Notes: generated by a model not told the origin, from the sequence alone. Shown: positions 25,245 through 34,287, counted from the stretch's first letter. The stretch: 64,000 bases of DNA from an uncultured Kiritimatiellota bacterium (GCA_934635045.1 CAKTZA010000009.1:4738-68737); one strand, 5' to 3'. A program made the numbers and translations.

Positions 25245-26748
25245 GGTTGAGACACCTCCTAATCTGTATGCCCACAGCCTGTGCAACAGGCGGCGGAAAC
25301 GCATTCCCAATCATCCGGCAAGCCGCTGTCTTGCGCGCCCCGAAGTCCCAAGCTTCCGGGAAACCCTGAATGCGCGCAATCATCTCCTTCGTCAGTCGCG
25401 GCGAGCCGGTGAAATCACGTGACGGCGGCTCATTGGCTATGCCAAGCCCATCCACATCCAACTCTGCCCAAGCTCGTCGCGCACGCGTCGGGCCGAGATC
25501 CGGGCCACCATGTTTCTTGCTTCCCCCAACAATCGTCGGAGCGATGCGGTTCGCGTGTTCCACCCACATATCCAACCCGCGCCAGCCATTCGCCCCCATC
25601 AGTTCGCGCAGGGCTTCGCCCACGGTCGGCGCAGCCCTGCGGCTCGGTTCGGGATAGGCGAAGTCGAGCGGCTGGTCATTGCGGATGCCGACAATGATGA
25701 CGCGCGGACGAATCTGCGGAACGCCATAATCGTTCGCCTGCAGAAGCTTGATCTGCGTACGATAGCCAAGTCGGGAAATCGAGTCAAGGATGCGCGCGCG
25801 ATAGGCAGCAAACTTCGGATCCAGAAATCCCCGCACGTTTTCCAACATCACGGCGCGCGGACGGATTTCCGAAATCAGGCGGATGGCCTGCGGGAAGAGA
25901 TCTCGTTCGTCGTCTTCGCCCAACTGGCGCGAAGCAACGGAAAACGGCGGACACGGGACGCCGCCGGCAAGGAGATCGACGCCTTGATACGGCGTGCCGT
26001 CAAATTGATGCACGTCCCCGCAGATGACATTCCACTCCGGCTTGTTGCGCCGCAGAACGGCACAGTAGTCTTTCTCGTATTCGACAAGCGCAACATGCCG
26101 GAAGCCGGCGCGGTCAAGTCCGATGGCCTGTCCCCCGGCCCCCGCACAGATTTCGACACACGTCAGTTCGCCCGCCGCACGCGCCGCCGCCAGAAGGCCG
26201 TCGGCGACTTTCTGCCCGTAGTCGAAACCGAAACTGTCCTGGAAGAAGTCGTCCTGCACAGGGTCGAATGCTGTCACCGTCAGGCCTTTCTCGACATACG
26301 ATTTAAGGCTGTCGAAGACAAACGGCATCGAACGTCCGCCCGTCTTCGGATACGGCTTCGCGTAGAAGGCCGCGTCGATCCGAACGACGGGACAGCGCGA
26401 CGAGCAGACGTAGACCTCCGCCGCCTTGCGGCCCAGCAGCTTCAGGGGCGTGGTCGCCTCCGCCAATTCGTAAAGCGCATACGTCTCGCCATGGGCCTTC
26501 GCCGGTTCGGCAAGGGAATAGCCCGTCGCCGCCAGTTCCTTGCATCCGACAACCGCCTTGAAGTGTGCCGTGAACGCGAGTGGACGCGCCCCTTCGGCAA
26601 AGAGAACGATGCCGCCGACACGCTCGTGGAACGCAAGTTTTCCGCACTTCGGCAACGGCAGGTTGTAGAGCCTTTTCGCGGCAATCCACGCCGCGTTCTC
26701 CGGCCGATACGTCCCGACCAGGACAATGCTCGAATCCCGCCGCTTCAC
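25234..26748 (-). CDS. C5 cytosine DNA methyltransferase with the same ~158-aa unknown N-terminal domain as the RhuM fusion
   Basis: Motif I CVEICAGAGGQAIG, motif IV GGVPCPPFS, motif VI AVMLENVRGF. GTG start 26748 overlaps the moxR stop (GTGA). Confidence 0.85.
   Translation of the reverse strand: MKRRDSSIVLVGTYRPENAAWIAAKRLYNLPLPKCGKLAFHERVGGIVLFAEGARPLAFTAHFKAVVGCKELAATGYSLAEPAKAHGETYALYELAEATTPLKLLGRKAAEVYVCSSRCPVVRIDAAFYAKPYPKTGGRSMPFVFDSLKSYVEKGLTVTAFDPVQDDFFQDSFGFDYGQKVADGLLAAARAAGELTCVEICAGAGGQAIGLDRAGFRHVALVEYEKDYCAVLRRNKPEWNVICGDVHQFDGTPYQGVDLLAGGVPCPPFSVASRQLGEDDERDLFPQAIRLISEIRPRAVMLENVRGFLDPKFAAYRARILDSISRLGYRTQIKLLQANDYGVPQIRPRVIIVGIRNDQPLDFAYPEPSRRAAPTVGEALRELMGANGWRGLDMWVEHANRIAPTIVGGSKKHGGPDLGPTRARRAWAELDVDGLGIANEPPSRDFTGSPRLTKEMIARIQGFPEAWDFGARKTAACRMIGNAFPPPVAQAVGIQIRRCLNHEA
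26254..26728. repeat. 475-bp direct repeat N, copy 2 (N-terminal domain of the MTase)
   Basis: See copy 1; offset 5606 bp. Confidence 0.9.
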
Positions 26749-27707
26749 GGCACGGGGACTTCGGAGAGGATCTTGTCGATGACCTTGTCGGACGTCACGC
26801 CCTCGGCCTCCGCCTCGTAGGTGAGGATGATGCGGTGGCGGAGGACGTCATGCACGACCTCCTTCACGTCCTGCGGCGTCGCGTAGGCGCGGCCGTGCAG
26901 GAGCGCGTTGCCGCGCGCGGCGAGGTTCAGCGCGAGCGTCGCGCGCGGCGAGGCCCCGTTCTGGACCATCTCGCTCGCCTCGCGCGTCTTGAAGACGATG
27001 TCGAGGATGTAGTCGCCGACCTTCTCGTCGCAGTAGACCTCCTTCAGCGTCGCGCGCAGGGCCGCGACGTCGTCCGGCGTGCACACCGTCTTCGCTTCCG
27101 GTGCCTGCGCATTCTCGGCGAAGCGCTGCATGATGCGCCGCTCGTCCGCCTTCGACGGCGTCTCGACGAGGCACTTGAACATGAAGCGGTCGACCTGCGC
27201 CTCCGGGAGCGGATACGTGCCCTCCTGCTCGATCGGGTTCTGCGTCGCGAGGACGAGGAACGGCTGCGGCAGCTTGTACGTCTCCTCGCCGATCGTGACC
27301 TGCTTCTCCTGCATCGACTCCAACAGGGCGGACTGCACCTTCGCCGGCGCGCGGTTGATCTCGTCCGCCAGGAGCAGGTTCGTGAAGACGGGACCCTTCT
27401 TCGGCGTGAACTCGCCCGTCTTCGGAGAATAGACGAGCGTGCCGACGACATCGGCCGGCAGCAGGTCCGGCGTGAACGAGATGCGCTTGAATTCGAGGCC
27501 GAGCGCCTTGGCGAGCGTGTTGACGGACAGCGTCTTCGCAAGGCCGGGGACGCCCTCCAGCAAGATGTGCCCGCCGGTCGTCAGCGCGAGAATGAGCCGG
27601 TCGACGAGCTTCTCCTGCCCGACGATCACCTTCGCGACTTCTTCGCGGATCTTCGTGACGAGTTCGCCCTGCGCGGCGATGCGGTTTGTGGCTTCCTTGA
27701 GGTCCAT
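26745..27707 (-). CDS. moxR: MoxR-family AAA+ ATPase
   Basis: GHILLEGVPGLAKT (Walker A), LLADEINRAPAKVQSALLE (Walker B region), VLATQNP. Start at MDLKEA (ATG 27707) behind SD GAAGGAA; the track start overlaps the -10 box. Confidence 0.85.
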   Translation of the reverse strand: MDLKEATNRIAAQGELVTKIREEVAKVIVGQEKLVDRLILALTTGGHILLEGVPGLAKTLSVNTLAKALGLEFKRISFTPDLLPADVVGTLVYSPKTGEFTPKKGPVFTNLLLADEINRAPAKVQSALLESMQEKQVTIGEETYKLPQPFLVLATQNPIEQEGTYPLPEAQVDRFMFKCLVETPSKADERRIMQRFAENAQAPEAKTVCTPDDVAALRATLKEVYCDEKVGDYILDIVFKTREASEMVQNGASPRATLALNLAARGNALLHGRAYATPQDVKEVVHDVLRHRIILTYEAEAEGVTSDKVIDKILSEVPVP

Positions 27708-27777
27708 ATCTGTTCCTTCGTGCTGATTTCGGATGTTTGTACTGTTTTGGCTGTTGGTTCGTTTGAAATCAGGTGGC

Positions 27778-27786
27778 ATTATACCA
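27778..27786 (-). promoter_or_regulatory. Extended -10 box TGGTATAAT upstream of moxR (leader ~65 nt)
   Basis: Minus strand: TATGGTATAATgccacc...GAAGGAACAGATATG. Confidence 0.5.
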
Positions 27787-27851
27787 TAAATGCCGCACGG
27801 CGCGGCACGTCATTCGGGGCGGAAACGCCAAGTGCGGCATGGGCGTCAGGG

Positions 27852-28484
27852 TCAGGCCGTGAGCACGCCCCGGAACTTCAGGCCGCCGAAGATGCGGTCG
27901 CAGACGAACGCAACGAACTCATGCCGCCATTCGTCCTCGGTCGCGCCCGGCGGACGGTGACGCGCCCGCCAGATGGGATGGTAGAGCGCGTAGGCGCCGA
28001 GCTGAACCCAGATCGACGCCGACCACAGGTACGCCTCGTGGTCGTTGTCTGTCGCCATGCGCATGAGGCGGAAGAGCCGATTGCGCGCAGGGCTTGCGAA
28101 ATGCTCCTCCAAGTAGTCCTTCACCTTCGACGGATGCATGGTCTCCTGACGGAAGATGCCCGCCGCATAGGCGCCGACGCCGACTTTCGCGTGAAAGGCC
28201 TCCACGAACGTCTCGACCCAGATGTGGACGGCCGCCTTCCACGTGCGCGCATCACGGACGCCCGCCACGACGGCGGCCATCTCCGAACCGTGTGTCGCCT
28301 CGTAGACGCGCTCGACACATTCGCGGTAAAGGCCCTCCTTGCTGTGGAAATGGTAGTTCACGAGCGCACCGTTGACCTTGGCCGCGCGGCAGATCTCCCG
28401 CACGGTCACGCCCTCCAGGCCCTTCTCGGCAAAGAGCCGCGTCGCGGCCTCCATGATCTTCTCCTTGGTCTTGTTCTTCTCCAC
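27852..28484 (-). CDS. TetR/AcrR-family transcriptional regulator
   Basis: N-terminal HTH: IMEAATRLFAEKGLEGVTVREICRAAKVNGALVNYHFHSKEGLY. Confidence 0.8.
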   Translation of the reverse strand: MEKNKTKEKIMEAATRLFAEKGLEGVTVREICRAAKVNGALVNYHFHSKEGLYRECVERVYEATHGSEMAAVVAGVRDARTWKAAVHIWVETFVEAFHAKVGVGAYAAGIFRQETMHPSKVKDYLEEHFASPARNRLFRLMRMATDNDHEAYLWSASIWVQLGAYALYHPIWRARHRPPGATEDEWRHEFVAFVCDRIFGGLKFRGVLTA

Positions 28485-28509
28485 GTGTCTCTGTCTGAAC
28501 CTTTTGTTT

Positions 28510-28523
28510 TAAACGTGCGTTTA
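28510..28523. promoter_or_regulatory. Inverted repeat TAAACG-NN-CGTTTA, candidate TetR operator
   Basis: taaacgtgcgttta begins at the last base of the putative -10 and lies 26 nt upstream of the TetR start. Confidence 0.4.
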
Positions 28524-28552
28524 GAATATCATTTTTGAAACGAACCTGTCAA
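28523..28552 (-). promoter_or_regulatory. Sigma-70-type promoter TTGACA-N18-(TGA)TATTCT for the TetR gene
   Basis: Minus strand: TTGACAGGTTCGTTTCAAAAATGATATTCT. Confidence 0.45.
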
Positions 28553-28568
28553 CGGGATGAGAAGCCCT

Positions 28569-29159
28569 TCAGCGGGACGTCCCACAGAAGAAGATGAGTG
28601 CGGCCAGTTGGAGGGCGAGCAGCCCGTAGACGAGCCACGCGACCTTCCGGCCGTTTGTCGGATCGACCGCCTCGCGCTCGGAGTACTTCGTTACGCCCGC
28701 GATGTAGGCGAGCCAGACCGCCGCCGCGATCCAGACGGGACCGCCCACGGAACCGCCCAGCAGCACATTGCACCCACGCGCCGCGCCCATGAGCAACGGA
28801 TTCTTCGTGCGGTTGTAGAGCTGGATCGCGACCGTCAGCGCGACAAGTACAAGAAACGGGCCGTGACCGAGATAAAGCGCCAGCACGGCAAGGCACAGGC
28901 AGGCCGTGCGCGCCGTCCGCGCCGCGCGCAGGGAGATCTCGCCCGCCGCGAGCGGGCGCGTCTTCGGGTCGGTCGCCGCGCCGACGAGGTCGTTGTCGAC
29001 GAGCCCGTACAGGTACATGCAGACCGAGGCGAGGCAGACGAGGGCGATGTCACCCACGCGCGCGGCGACCAGTCCGCCGCACGCCGCCGCGCCGACCAGC
29101 ACGTCCCCCGGCACGGTGACGAGGTTCTGGACGCGAAAGAGCCGAAGCCACGCGCTCAT
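28569..29159 (-). CDS. Short UbiA-prenyltransferase-like membrane protein (196 aa)
   Basis: FRVQNLVTVPGDVL..., Asp-rich first motif region VDNDLVGAATDPKTRPLAAGEIS, several TM helices. Shorter than typical UbiA members. ATGA overlap with dapB. Confidence 0.5.
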   Translation of the reverse strand: MSAWLRLFRVQNLVTVPGDVLVGAAACGGLVAARVGDIALVCLASVCMYLYGLVDNDLVGAATDPKTRPLAAGEISLRAARTARTACLCLAVLALYLGHGPFLVLVALTVAIQLYNRTKNPLLMGAARGCNVLLGGSVGGPVWIAAAVWLAYIAGVTKYSEREAVDPTNGRKVAWLVYGLLALQLAALIFFCGTSR

Positions 29160-29899
29160 GCCACGACGCCCTTGACGGCATCCGCCAGCACGTCGCGCAT
29201 CGTGTAGATGCCGGGGGCCTGTCCCCGCGCCCAGACGAGCGCCTTCAGCGCGCCGGCGGCGAACGCCGCGCGATCCTGCGCCTTGTGCGTCAGCTCGACG
29301 CGCTCAAGGTCGCCCGCAAACATGACGGTGTGGTCGCCGACGACCGCGCCGCCGCGCAGCGCGTGAATCGCAATCTCGCCGACGGGACGTTCCCCGATGT
29401 CGCCGTGGCGGCCGAAGACGAAATCGTCTCCCAGTCCGCGCCCCTGCGCCGCCGCCTTGGCCAGCATGAGCGCCGTGCCCGACGGCGCGTCCTTCTTATG
29501 GCGGTGGTGCATCTCCGTCACCTCGATGTCGTATGCGGGGCCGAGGATCGTTGCGGCCCGCCGGACGAGATCCACCAGGAGGTTCACGCCGAGCGAGTAG
29601 TTGCCGCTCTGCACGACCGGGATCTTCTGCGCGGCGGCGTCCACGGCCTTCTGCTCGTCGGAGGTGAGGCCCGTCGTGCCGATGACGTAAGGAATACCCT
29701 GCTCGGCCGCCTGCGTGACGAAGCCGGGCACGCCCGCATGATACGAGAAGTCGATGACGCCCTCGGTCTCCTTCGGCCATGTTCGGTCGTAGCCCTCCGC
29801 CACGTCGATCTTGGCGACGACCTCCAGCCCGGCGTCCTTCGCCAGCTCAACCAGTTTCTTTCCCATGCGCCCGGCGGCGCCGACAAGTGCGATTTTCAT
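29156..29899 (-). CDS. dapB: 4-hydroxy-tetrahydrodipicolinate reductase
   Basis: MKIALVGAAGRMGK (NAD fold), TEMHHRHKKDAPSGTAL signature. Confidence 0.9.
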   Translation of the reverse strand: MKIALVGAAGRMGKKLVELAKDAGLEVVAKIDVAEGYDRTWPKETEGVIDFSYHAGVPGFVTQAAEQGIPYVIGTTGLTSDEQKAVDAAAQKIPVVQSGNYSLGVNLLVDLVRRAATILGPAYDIEVTEMHHRHKKDAPSGTALMLAKAAAQGRGLGDDFVFGRHGDIGERPVGEIAIHALRGGAVVGDHTVMFAGDLERVELTHKAQDRAAFAAGALKALVWARGQAPGIYTMRDVLADAVKGVVA

Positions 29900-29931
29900 G
29901 TGTCTTCTCCCATCTCCGCTGTTGAGGCCGT

Positions 29932-29940
29932 ATTATAGCA
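29932..29940 (-). promoter_or_regulatory. Extended -10 box TGCTATAAT upstream of dapB
   Basis: Minus strand: TTGCTATAATacggcc...GGAGATGGGAGAAGACACATG. Confidence 0.5.
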
Positions 29941-29994
29941 AATCCTTCCCCTGGCGTCTTGACGAGGAGTCCTGGCATCATAGTTTCCGTTCAA

Positions 29995-30624
29995 TCATTT
30001 TCCAAGAAATTCTTCAACTTCTCGCTTCAGGCGGACAGACAGAAACGGCATGGCATCCTCTGCTTCAGAGGGTTTTCCAACCTCATTCGAAGAAAGTATC
30101 TTGGCGACAGCAATGGCCTCCTTAATCGTGGCATCATCGCCAAAATTCTCAAAGCGAAGTAAAGCGCGAGACACGACATTCGTAGAATCCACAAAACCCA
30201 CACCTTGAATCTTCTGCCATGCCCTTGCTGATGCCATGTAGGCCTCTTGCCGATCATTGTTCGTATTCATGCAGGCGACATGCAACAGCTGTAGATGCCA
30301 GTACTGCCATTTGTCCGTTGTCAGCAAAGGATGCGCAAGCGCATTCGTCACTGTTTGACAAGCGGCCGCAAGCCAAGACTCGTTCATTGTCGCCCCGAAC
30401 ATTTCAAGTTGCGCACGGACAAGAACCACACGCGCAGACAATGACAACTCCACGTTTGTCGTCTGGTTCACGCATCGGCTCACATAATTTGTAAAGTCCG
30501 TTTCGATCAGGTTTGCCCTGTGGCTCAGCGCATTCGTCACCTCCGTCTCGAAATCTCTCGCGAGAATCGACACACCCGAATTCAGAGTCAACCAAAACAA
30601 GACAAAAACTATATTTCTTGACAT
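29995..30624 (-). CDS. Hypothetical secreted all-helical protein, low-GC gene
   Basis: Start at MSRNIVFVLFWLTLNSGVSILA (ATG 30624), 3 nt after the upstream stop. Composition is visibly AT-richer than the flanks. No recognised domain. Confidence 0.45.
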   Translation of the reverse strand: MSRNIVFVLFWLTLNSGVSILARDFETEVTNALSHRANLIETDFTNYVSRCVNQTTNVELSLSARVVLVRAQLEMFGATMNESWLAAACQTVTNALAHPLLTTDKWQYWHLQLLHVACMNTNNDRQEAYMASARAWQKIQGVGFVDSTNVVSRALLRFENFGDDATIKEAIAVAKILSSNEVGKPSEAEDAMPFLSVRLKREVEEFLGK

Positions 30625-30626
30625 GT

Positions 30627-33600
30627 TCACCAATCTCCTTTCATTACTTCCTTCTTTCGCCGAAGCCCTAACCATGACTTGAAGTATATATACTTTTCAC
30701 CTTTCTCAATTGCACAGGCATTCCAGGCCTTGTTGTCAGCATTGGCCTTCATCCACGCATCCGTGTCACCCAGCGCCGCGCGGTTCGCTATCCACGACCG
30801 GATGATTCTCGTCGGGGCCCCACCCTTGTCACCCGGAGCCTTGTAAGCGTAGCCCAGCAAGGTCTGCGGACCAACCTGTTCCCATACTTTTCCCGGCGAA
30901 ACAAAATGCGAAGCGTTCTTGAAATTGATGTCCAGCACCGAACACCCTGCAAGAATCGCGCAGTCAAGGTCCCTACCCCAGCATCCTTGCAACATGGACG
31001 GCTTGAGCCCTCCCTGAAGGGCGTTGGTGTCATGATTGCCATGCCCCGAGAAGTAGAACACGTCCGCTTGGTTCATAATCTGACGCATAGGACTTTGCAC
31101 ACCGCCATACGCGACCGACACGACCTCACATCCCGCCGCCTTGAAGAAAGACTTTGACCGGGCACTGACTGGCGGGGATGCCTCTAAATCCACGGTGGAG
31201 GCCTCGGTCGCTTTCCCTCGAAAAGCATAGCCCAGTTCCGAGAACGCCTCGCTGTCCGAAAGGTCCTGAACCTCCGTCGTCGGAACGTCGATCCACGCCA
31301 TCTCGTCCACGCCGTCCTCGTCCTGCGACGGCAGAAGCCCCAGCTCGACCAGCTGCGCGCGCGTCCGGGACATGCGGATCTCGGAATTCGTGCCGCCGCT
31401 GAAGAACTCGGACGCCGCAATGGGGATCGCGACGCCTGTCGGGCAGGTTCCCGACGTCGACACCACGACGTTGCTTCCCATCACGCGCCGGAAGAGGTCG
31501 AAGTCCGCGAGGACCGGCGTGACCGCCACCCGAATCCGAAGCGCCTCGTCGTCGAGCAGTACGCGCGACGCCGCGAGTTCGGACCATGCCTCGTCGTCCG
31601 GGGCGCAGACCGTGACTTCGCACCGGTAGACATGTAGCGTCGCCTCCAGCCCCTCGGCCACGTTGCCACCCCTGCCCTCGCGCATATGGATGTGCGACGT
31701 CAGGAGGCCGTCGGCGTTCTCCGCCATCCAGCCGAGTCCGCAGACGACCTCGTTTCCAGGAAGCCGCGCCGCCTTGTAGCTTTCGTAGGACGGCGCAGTC
31801 GGCAGGCCGTTCACCTTCGCCTGCCAGCAGTACCAGTCCGGGTCCGTGTGTCCGTCGGAGTTCAGCCACTGCATCGTGAGGCGGTAGGAGTTCCCCTTCT
31901 TCAGGATTCTCAGCCTCTCCGATCCCGCCCCCGGAGACGCCATCGAGAACGTGTCCGACAGGCGGTCGAGCGGGCCGAGTCCGGCAACCGTCATGCTCCA
32001 GGCGGCGTAGTCGCCGTTGATGTCAAACCGCATCCCTCGGTCCGGGAACTTCGCCGAAGGCTTCCCGCCATCGGCGGCGTCTGCCGGATCGGAGCCGTTA
32101 CAGATCTCCTGGATGTCCGAGACGCCGTCGCCGTCCGTGTCCGACGCACGGGGGTCTGTTCCCAGGGCCCGTTCGTCCGCATTGCAGAGGCCGTCGCCGT
32201 CTGCGTCGCCGGACGCGCCGTTCTCGCCGGATGCGTCCAGCGGGTCAAGCCCCTGCGCCACCTCCCAGCCGTCAGGCAGCCCGTCACCGTCCGAATCCGT
32301 CGACAGCGGATTCGTGCCACGGCCAACCTCCTCGCCATCCTTCAGGCCATCGCCATCCGTGTCGGGATTGGTCGGGCTTGTTCCGCGAGCATTCACCTCT
32401 TGCCCGTCCGAAAGCCCGTCCCCGTCCGTGTCGGGGTTTCTCGGATCAGTGCCCCGCTGCTGCTCCTGGAGGTTCGTCAGCCCGTCACCGTCCGGATCCG
32501 CGCCCGCCCCGTCGCCGCCGGCCGACACGAGCGGATCGAGGCCGTTGGCAACTTCCCAGCCGTCCTGCAGTCCGTCGCCGTCCGTGTCCCTCGACAGGGG
32601 ATTCGTGCCAAGGCCCATCTCCACATCGTCATCGAGGCCGTCGCCGTCCGTGTCGGCGCTGGTCGGCAAGGTGCCAAGGCCGACCTCGGCACCATCGTCC
32701 AGGCCATCGCCATCCGTGTCGGCGCGAAGCGGATCCGTCCCGTGCCCCAGATGGTACTCGACCGTCGTCCGCGGCAGGATCGGCCCGCGCGCGGCGAAGT
32801 CCCACGTCAGGTTGTAGAGCCCGTCCGGCGTGACGATGCGCCTGACCTGCACGCCGACGACGGCTTCCGACCCGTCAAGCCAGACGTCGGACGCAAGGTA
32901 GCTCACGCGCACGACGGATCCCGTCCCGCCGGGGACGATGACCTGGTAGGTCATCCGACGGTCGTCGGACGTCCCACGCAGCCTCACGTTGCGGTACTCG
33001 ACGACGAAACAGCCGTTGCTCTCGACGATCCCCGTCCGCATGTACGACGCGGCGTCGCCGTCGACCAGCGCCGTGCTGCACCAGTAAGGCGCAACCAGGA
33101 TGTCGCCCATGCTGTAGGTCCCCCTGTCCAGCGGCGTCGCGAGTTCGGGGAAGACAAGAGCAACGTTCGATCCGGGCGCATTCAGGTACATGACCCCGTT
33201 GTCGAAGCACACCGCCTTCGACATCAGGCTGCCAAGGACCGTCAGGCCGTCAGGCAGCGAAGCGATCGCTAACGCCCCCCAGTAGCTGTGCAGGCCACCT
33301 CCGTACGAGGTGCCGCCGACCGTCGCCCAGCCCGTCGTGTCGTACCACTCGAAAGCGTCCGCCCTGACGATGCACCCCGTCTCGGTGCCGTCCGCAAGCC
33401 CGTCCCCGTCCGTGTCGGCGACCAGGGGGTCTGTCCCCAGGGCGAGTTCGTCACCGTCTGGCAATCCGTCCCCGTCCGTGTCGGGGTTCGCGGGGCCTGT
33501 CCCCAGCGTCCACGCCTCATAGGCGTCCGAGAGGCCGTCGCCGTCCGAGTCGTCCTGCGTGGCGAGCCGGAAGAACGCCGCGCGTTCCATCGCGTTCGTC

Positions 33601-34202
33601 TGGAAGCTGTCAATGCCGATCTCGACAGCCGCGGGGGACTGCGCGCCGGACACGTCGACCTGCGCGAGGCGCGTCCAGCCGCCCGATGCCAGCTGCCAGT
33701 GCCCGAAGACGTCGAGACGGCCGTTGGGCAGGGAGAGGCCATCCGGCCACGCCACCCCCAGCGTCACCGTGTCAGTTCCCTTCTCGATTCCATAGAAGCA
33801 GAAGTTCGTCACCGAAGACAATGTGAGGTTGCTGTCGCTTAATGCGGAGTTGTTGGAGGCGGGGAGGCGCGGAGGGTCTTTGACAGGATCCACAGGATTT
33901 GAGGCGTTTGGCGTATCCGTCTCGGCAATCCTGTCAATCTTGTCAATCCCGTCTAAAAAACCACTCGCCGCTTCGGCGCACCGTTCCTTGTACGTCCGCG
34001 TCACCGAGCCCTCCATCGTCGCAAAGGCCATGAAGCCGCCGAGGACGAAGACCGTCGGCCCGCCCAGCCGCCGGACCGCCGCGCGCACACGGGCGGGACA
34101 GCGCGACAGGCCAAGCGCCAGCGCGGCAAGGGCGACCCCGCCCAAGCCAAGGCAACAGCCCCACAGCACGACCGAGTCAAAAGCCTCTCGATCCAATGTC
34201 AC
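30627..34202 (-). CDS. Giant membrane-anchored/secreted protein with many thrombospondin type-3 (DxDGDG) calcium-binding repeats and a C-terminal His/Cys (clan-CD-peptidase-like) domain
   Basis: N-terminal hydrophobic segments. More than 12 copies of DTDGDGL(x)DG(x)E...GT(D/N)P. C-terminus ...[12 protein letters not shown]...[12 protein letters not shown]... GTG start at 34202; the start is uncertain. Confidence 0.6.
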   Translation of the reverse strand: MTLDREAFDSVVLWGCCLGLGGVALAALALGLSRCPARVRAAVRRLGGPTVFVLGGFMAFATMEGSVTRTYKERCAEAASGFLDGIDKIDRIAETDTPNASNPVDPVKDPPRLPASNNSALSDSNLTLSSVTNFCFYGIEKGTDTVTLGVAWPDGLSLPNGRLDVFGHWQLASGGWTRLAQVDVSGAQSPAAVEIGIDSFQTNAMERAAFFRLATQDDSDGDGLSDAYEAWTLGTGPANPDTDGDGLPDGDELALGTDPLVADTDGDGLADGTETGCIVRADAFEWYDTTGWATVGGTSYGGGLHSYWGALAIASLPDGLTVLGSLMSKAVCFDNGVMYLNAPGSNVALVFPELATPLDRGTYSMGDILVAPYWCSTALVDGDAASYMRTGIVESNGCFVVEYRNVRLRGTSDDRRMTYQVIVPGGTGSVVRVSYLASDVWLDGSEAVVGVQVRRIVTPDGLYNLTWDFAARGPILPRTTVEYHLGHGTDPLRADTDGDGLDDGAEVGLGTLPTSADTDGDGLDDDVEMGLGTNPLSRDTDGDGLQDGWEVANGLDPLVSAGGDGAGADPDGDGLTNLQEQQRGTDPRNPDTDGDGLSDGQEVNARGTSPTNPDTDGDGLKDGEEVGRGTNPLSTDSDGDGLPDGWEVAQGLDPLDASGENGASGDADGDGLCNADERALGTDPRASDTDGDGVSDIQEICNGSDPADAADGGKPSAKFPDRGMRFDINGDYAAWSMTVAGLGPLDRLSDTFSMASPGAGSERLRILKKGNSYRLTMQWLNSDGHTDPDWYCWQAKVNGLPTAPSYESYKAARLPGNEVVCGLGWMAENADGLLTSHIHMREGRGGNVAEGLEATLHVYRCEVTVCAPDDEAWSELAASRVLLDDEALRIRVAVTPVLADFDLFRRVMGSNVVVSTSGTCPTGVAIPIAASEFFSGGTNSEIRMSRTRAQLVELGLLPSQDEDGVDEMAWIDVPTTEVQDLSDSEAFSELGYAFRGKATEASTVDLEASPPVSARSKSFFKAAGCEVVSVAYGGVQSPMRQIMNQADVFYFSGHGNHDTNALQGGLKPSMLQGCWGRDLDCAILAGCSVLDINFKNASHFVSPGKVWEQVGPQTLLGYAYKAPGDKGGAPTRIIRSWIANRAALGDTDAWMKANADNKAWNACAIEKGEKYIYFKSWLGLRRKKEVMKGDW

Positions 34203-34237
34203 GGTTCAATCACGGGAACATTGAAACTCATGCCCGT

Positions 34238-34246
34238 ATTATACCA
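34238..34246 (-). promoter_or_regulatory. Extended -10 box TGGTATAAT upstream of the TSP3-repeat protein gene
   Basis: Minus strand: TATGGTATAATacgggc. Confidence 0.5.
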
Positions 34247-34287
34247 TACTCATGTCCGTCGATTCTCTAAGGCCCGATGGATGACAA

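Noticed and set aside
19511-26744. Integrase, transposase, tRNA attachment site or phage genes that would define the island as a classical mobile element
   Set aside because: None of the seven ORFs or the spacers shows recombinase or transposase motifs or a tRNA-like sequence. I call the region an island only on synteny, composition and repeat grounds.
27708-27779. Longer moxR start at 27779 (MPPDFKRTNSQ...)
   Set aside because: That ATG lies inside the TATAAT box (taATGcca). A properly spaced SD (GAAGGAA) precedes ATG 27707, which gives a normal MoxR N-terminus.
33426-33438. A 13-mer copy inside the TSP3-repeat protein, as evidence of repeat invasion there
   Set aside because: Here GTDP is an intrinsic part of the thrombospondin type-3 repeat consensus. 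This copy is probably ordinary coding sequence; related variants nearby differ at wobble positions.
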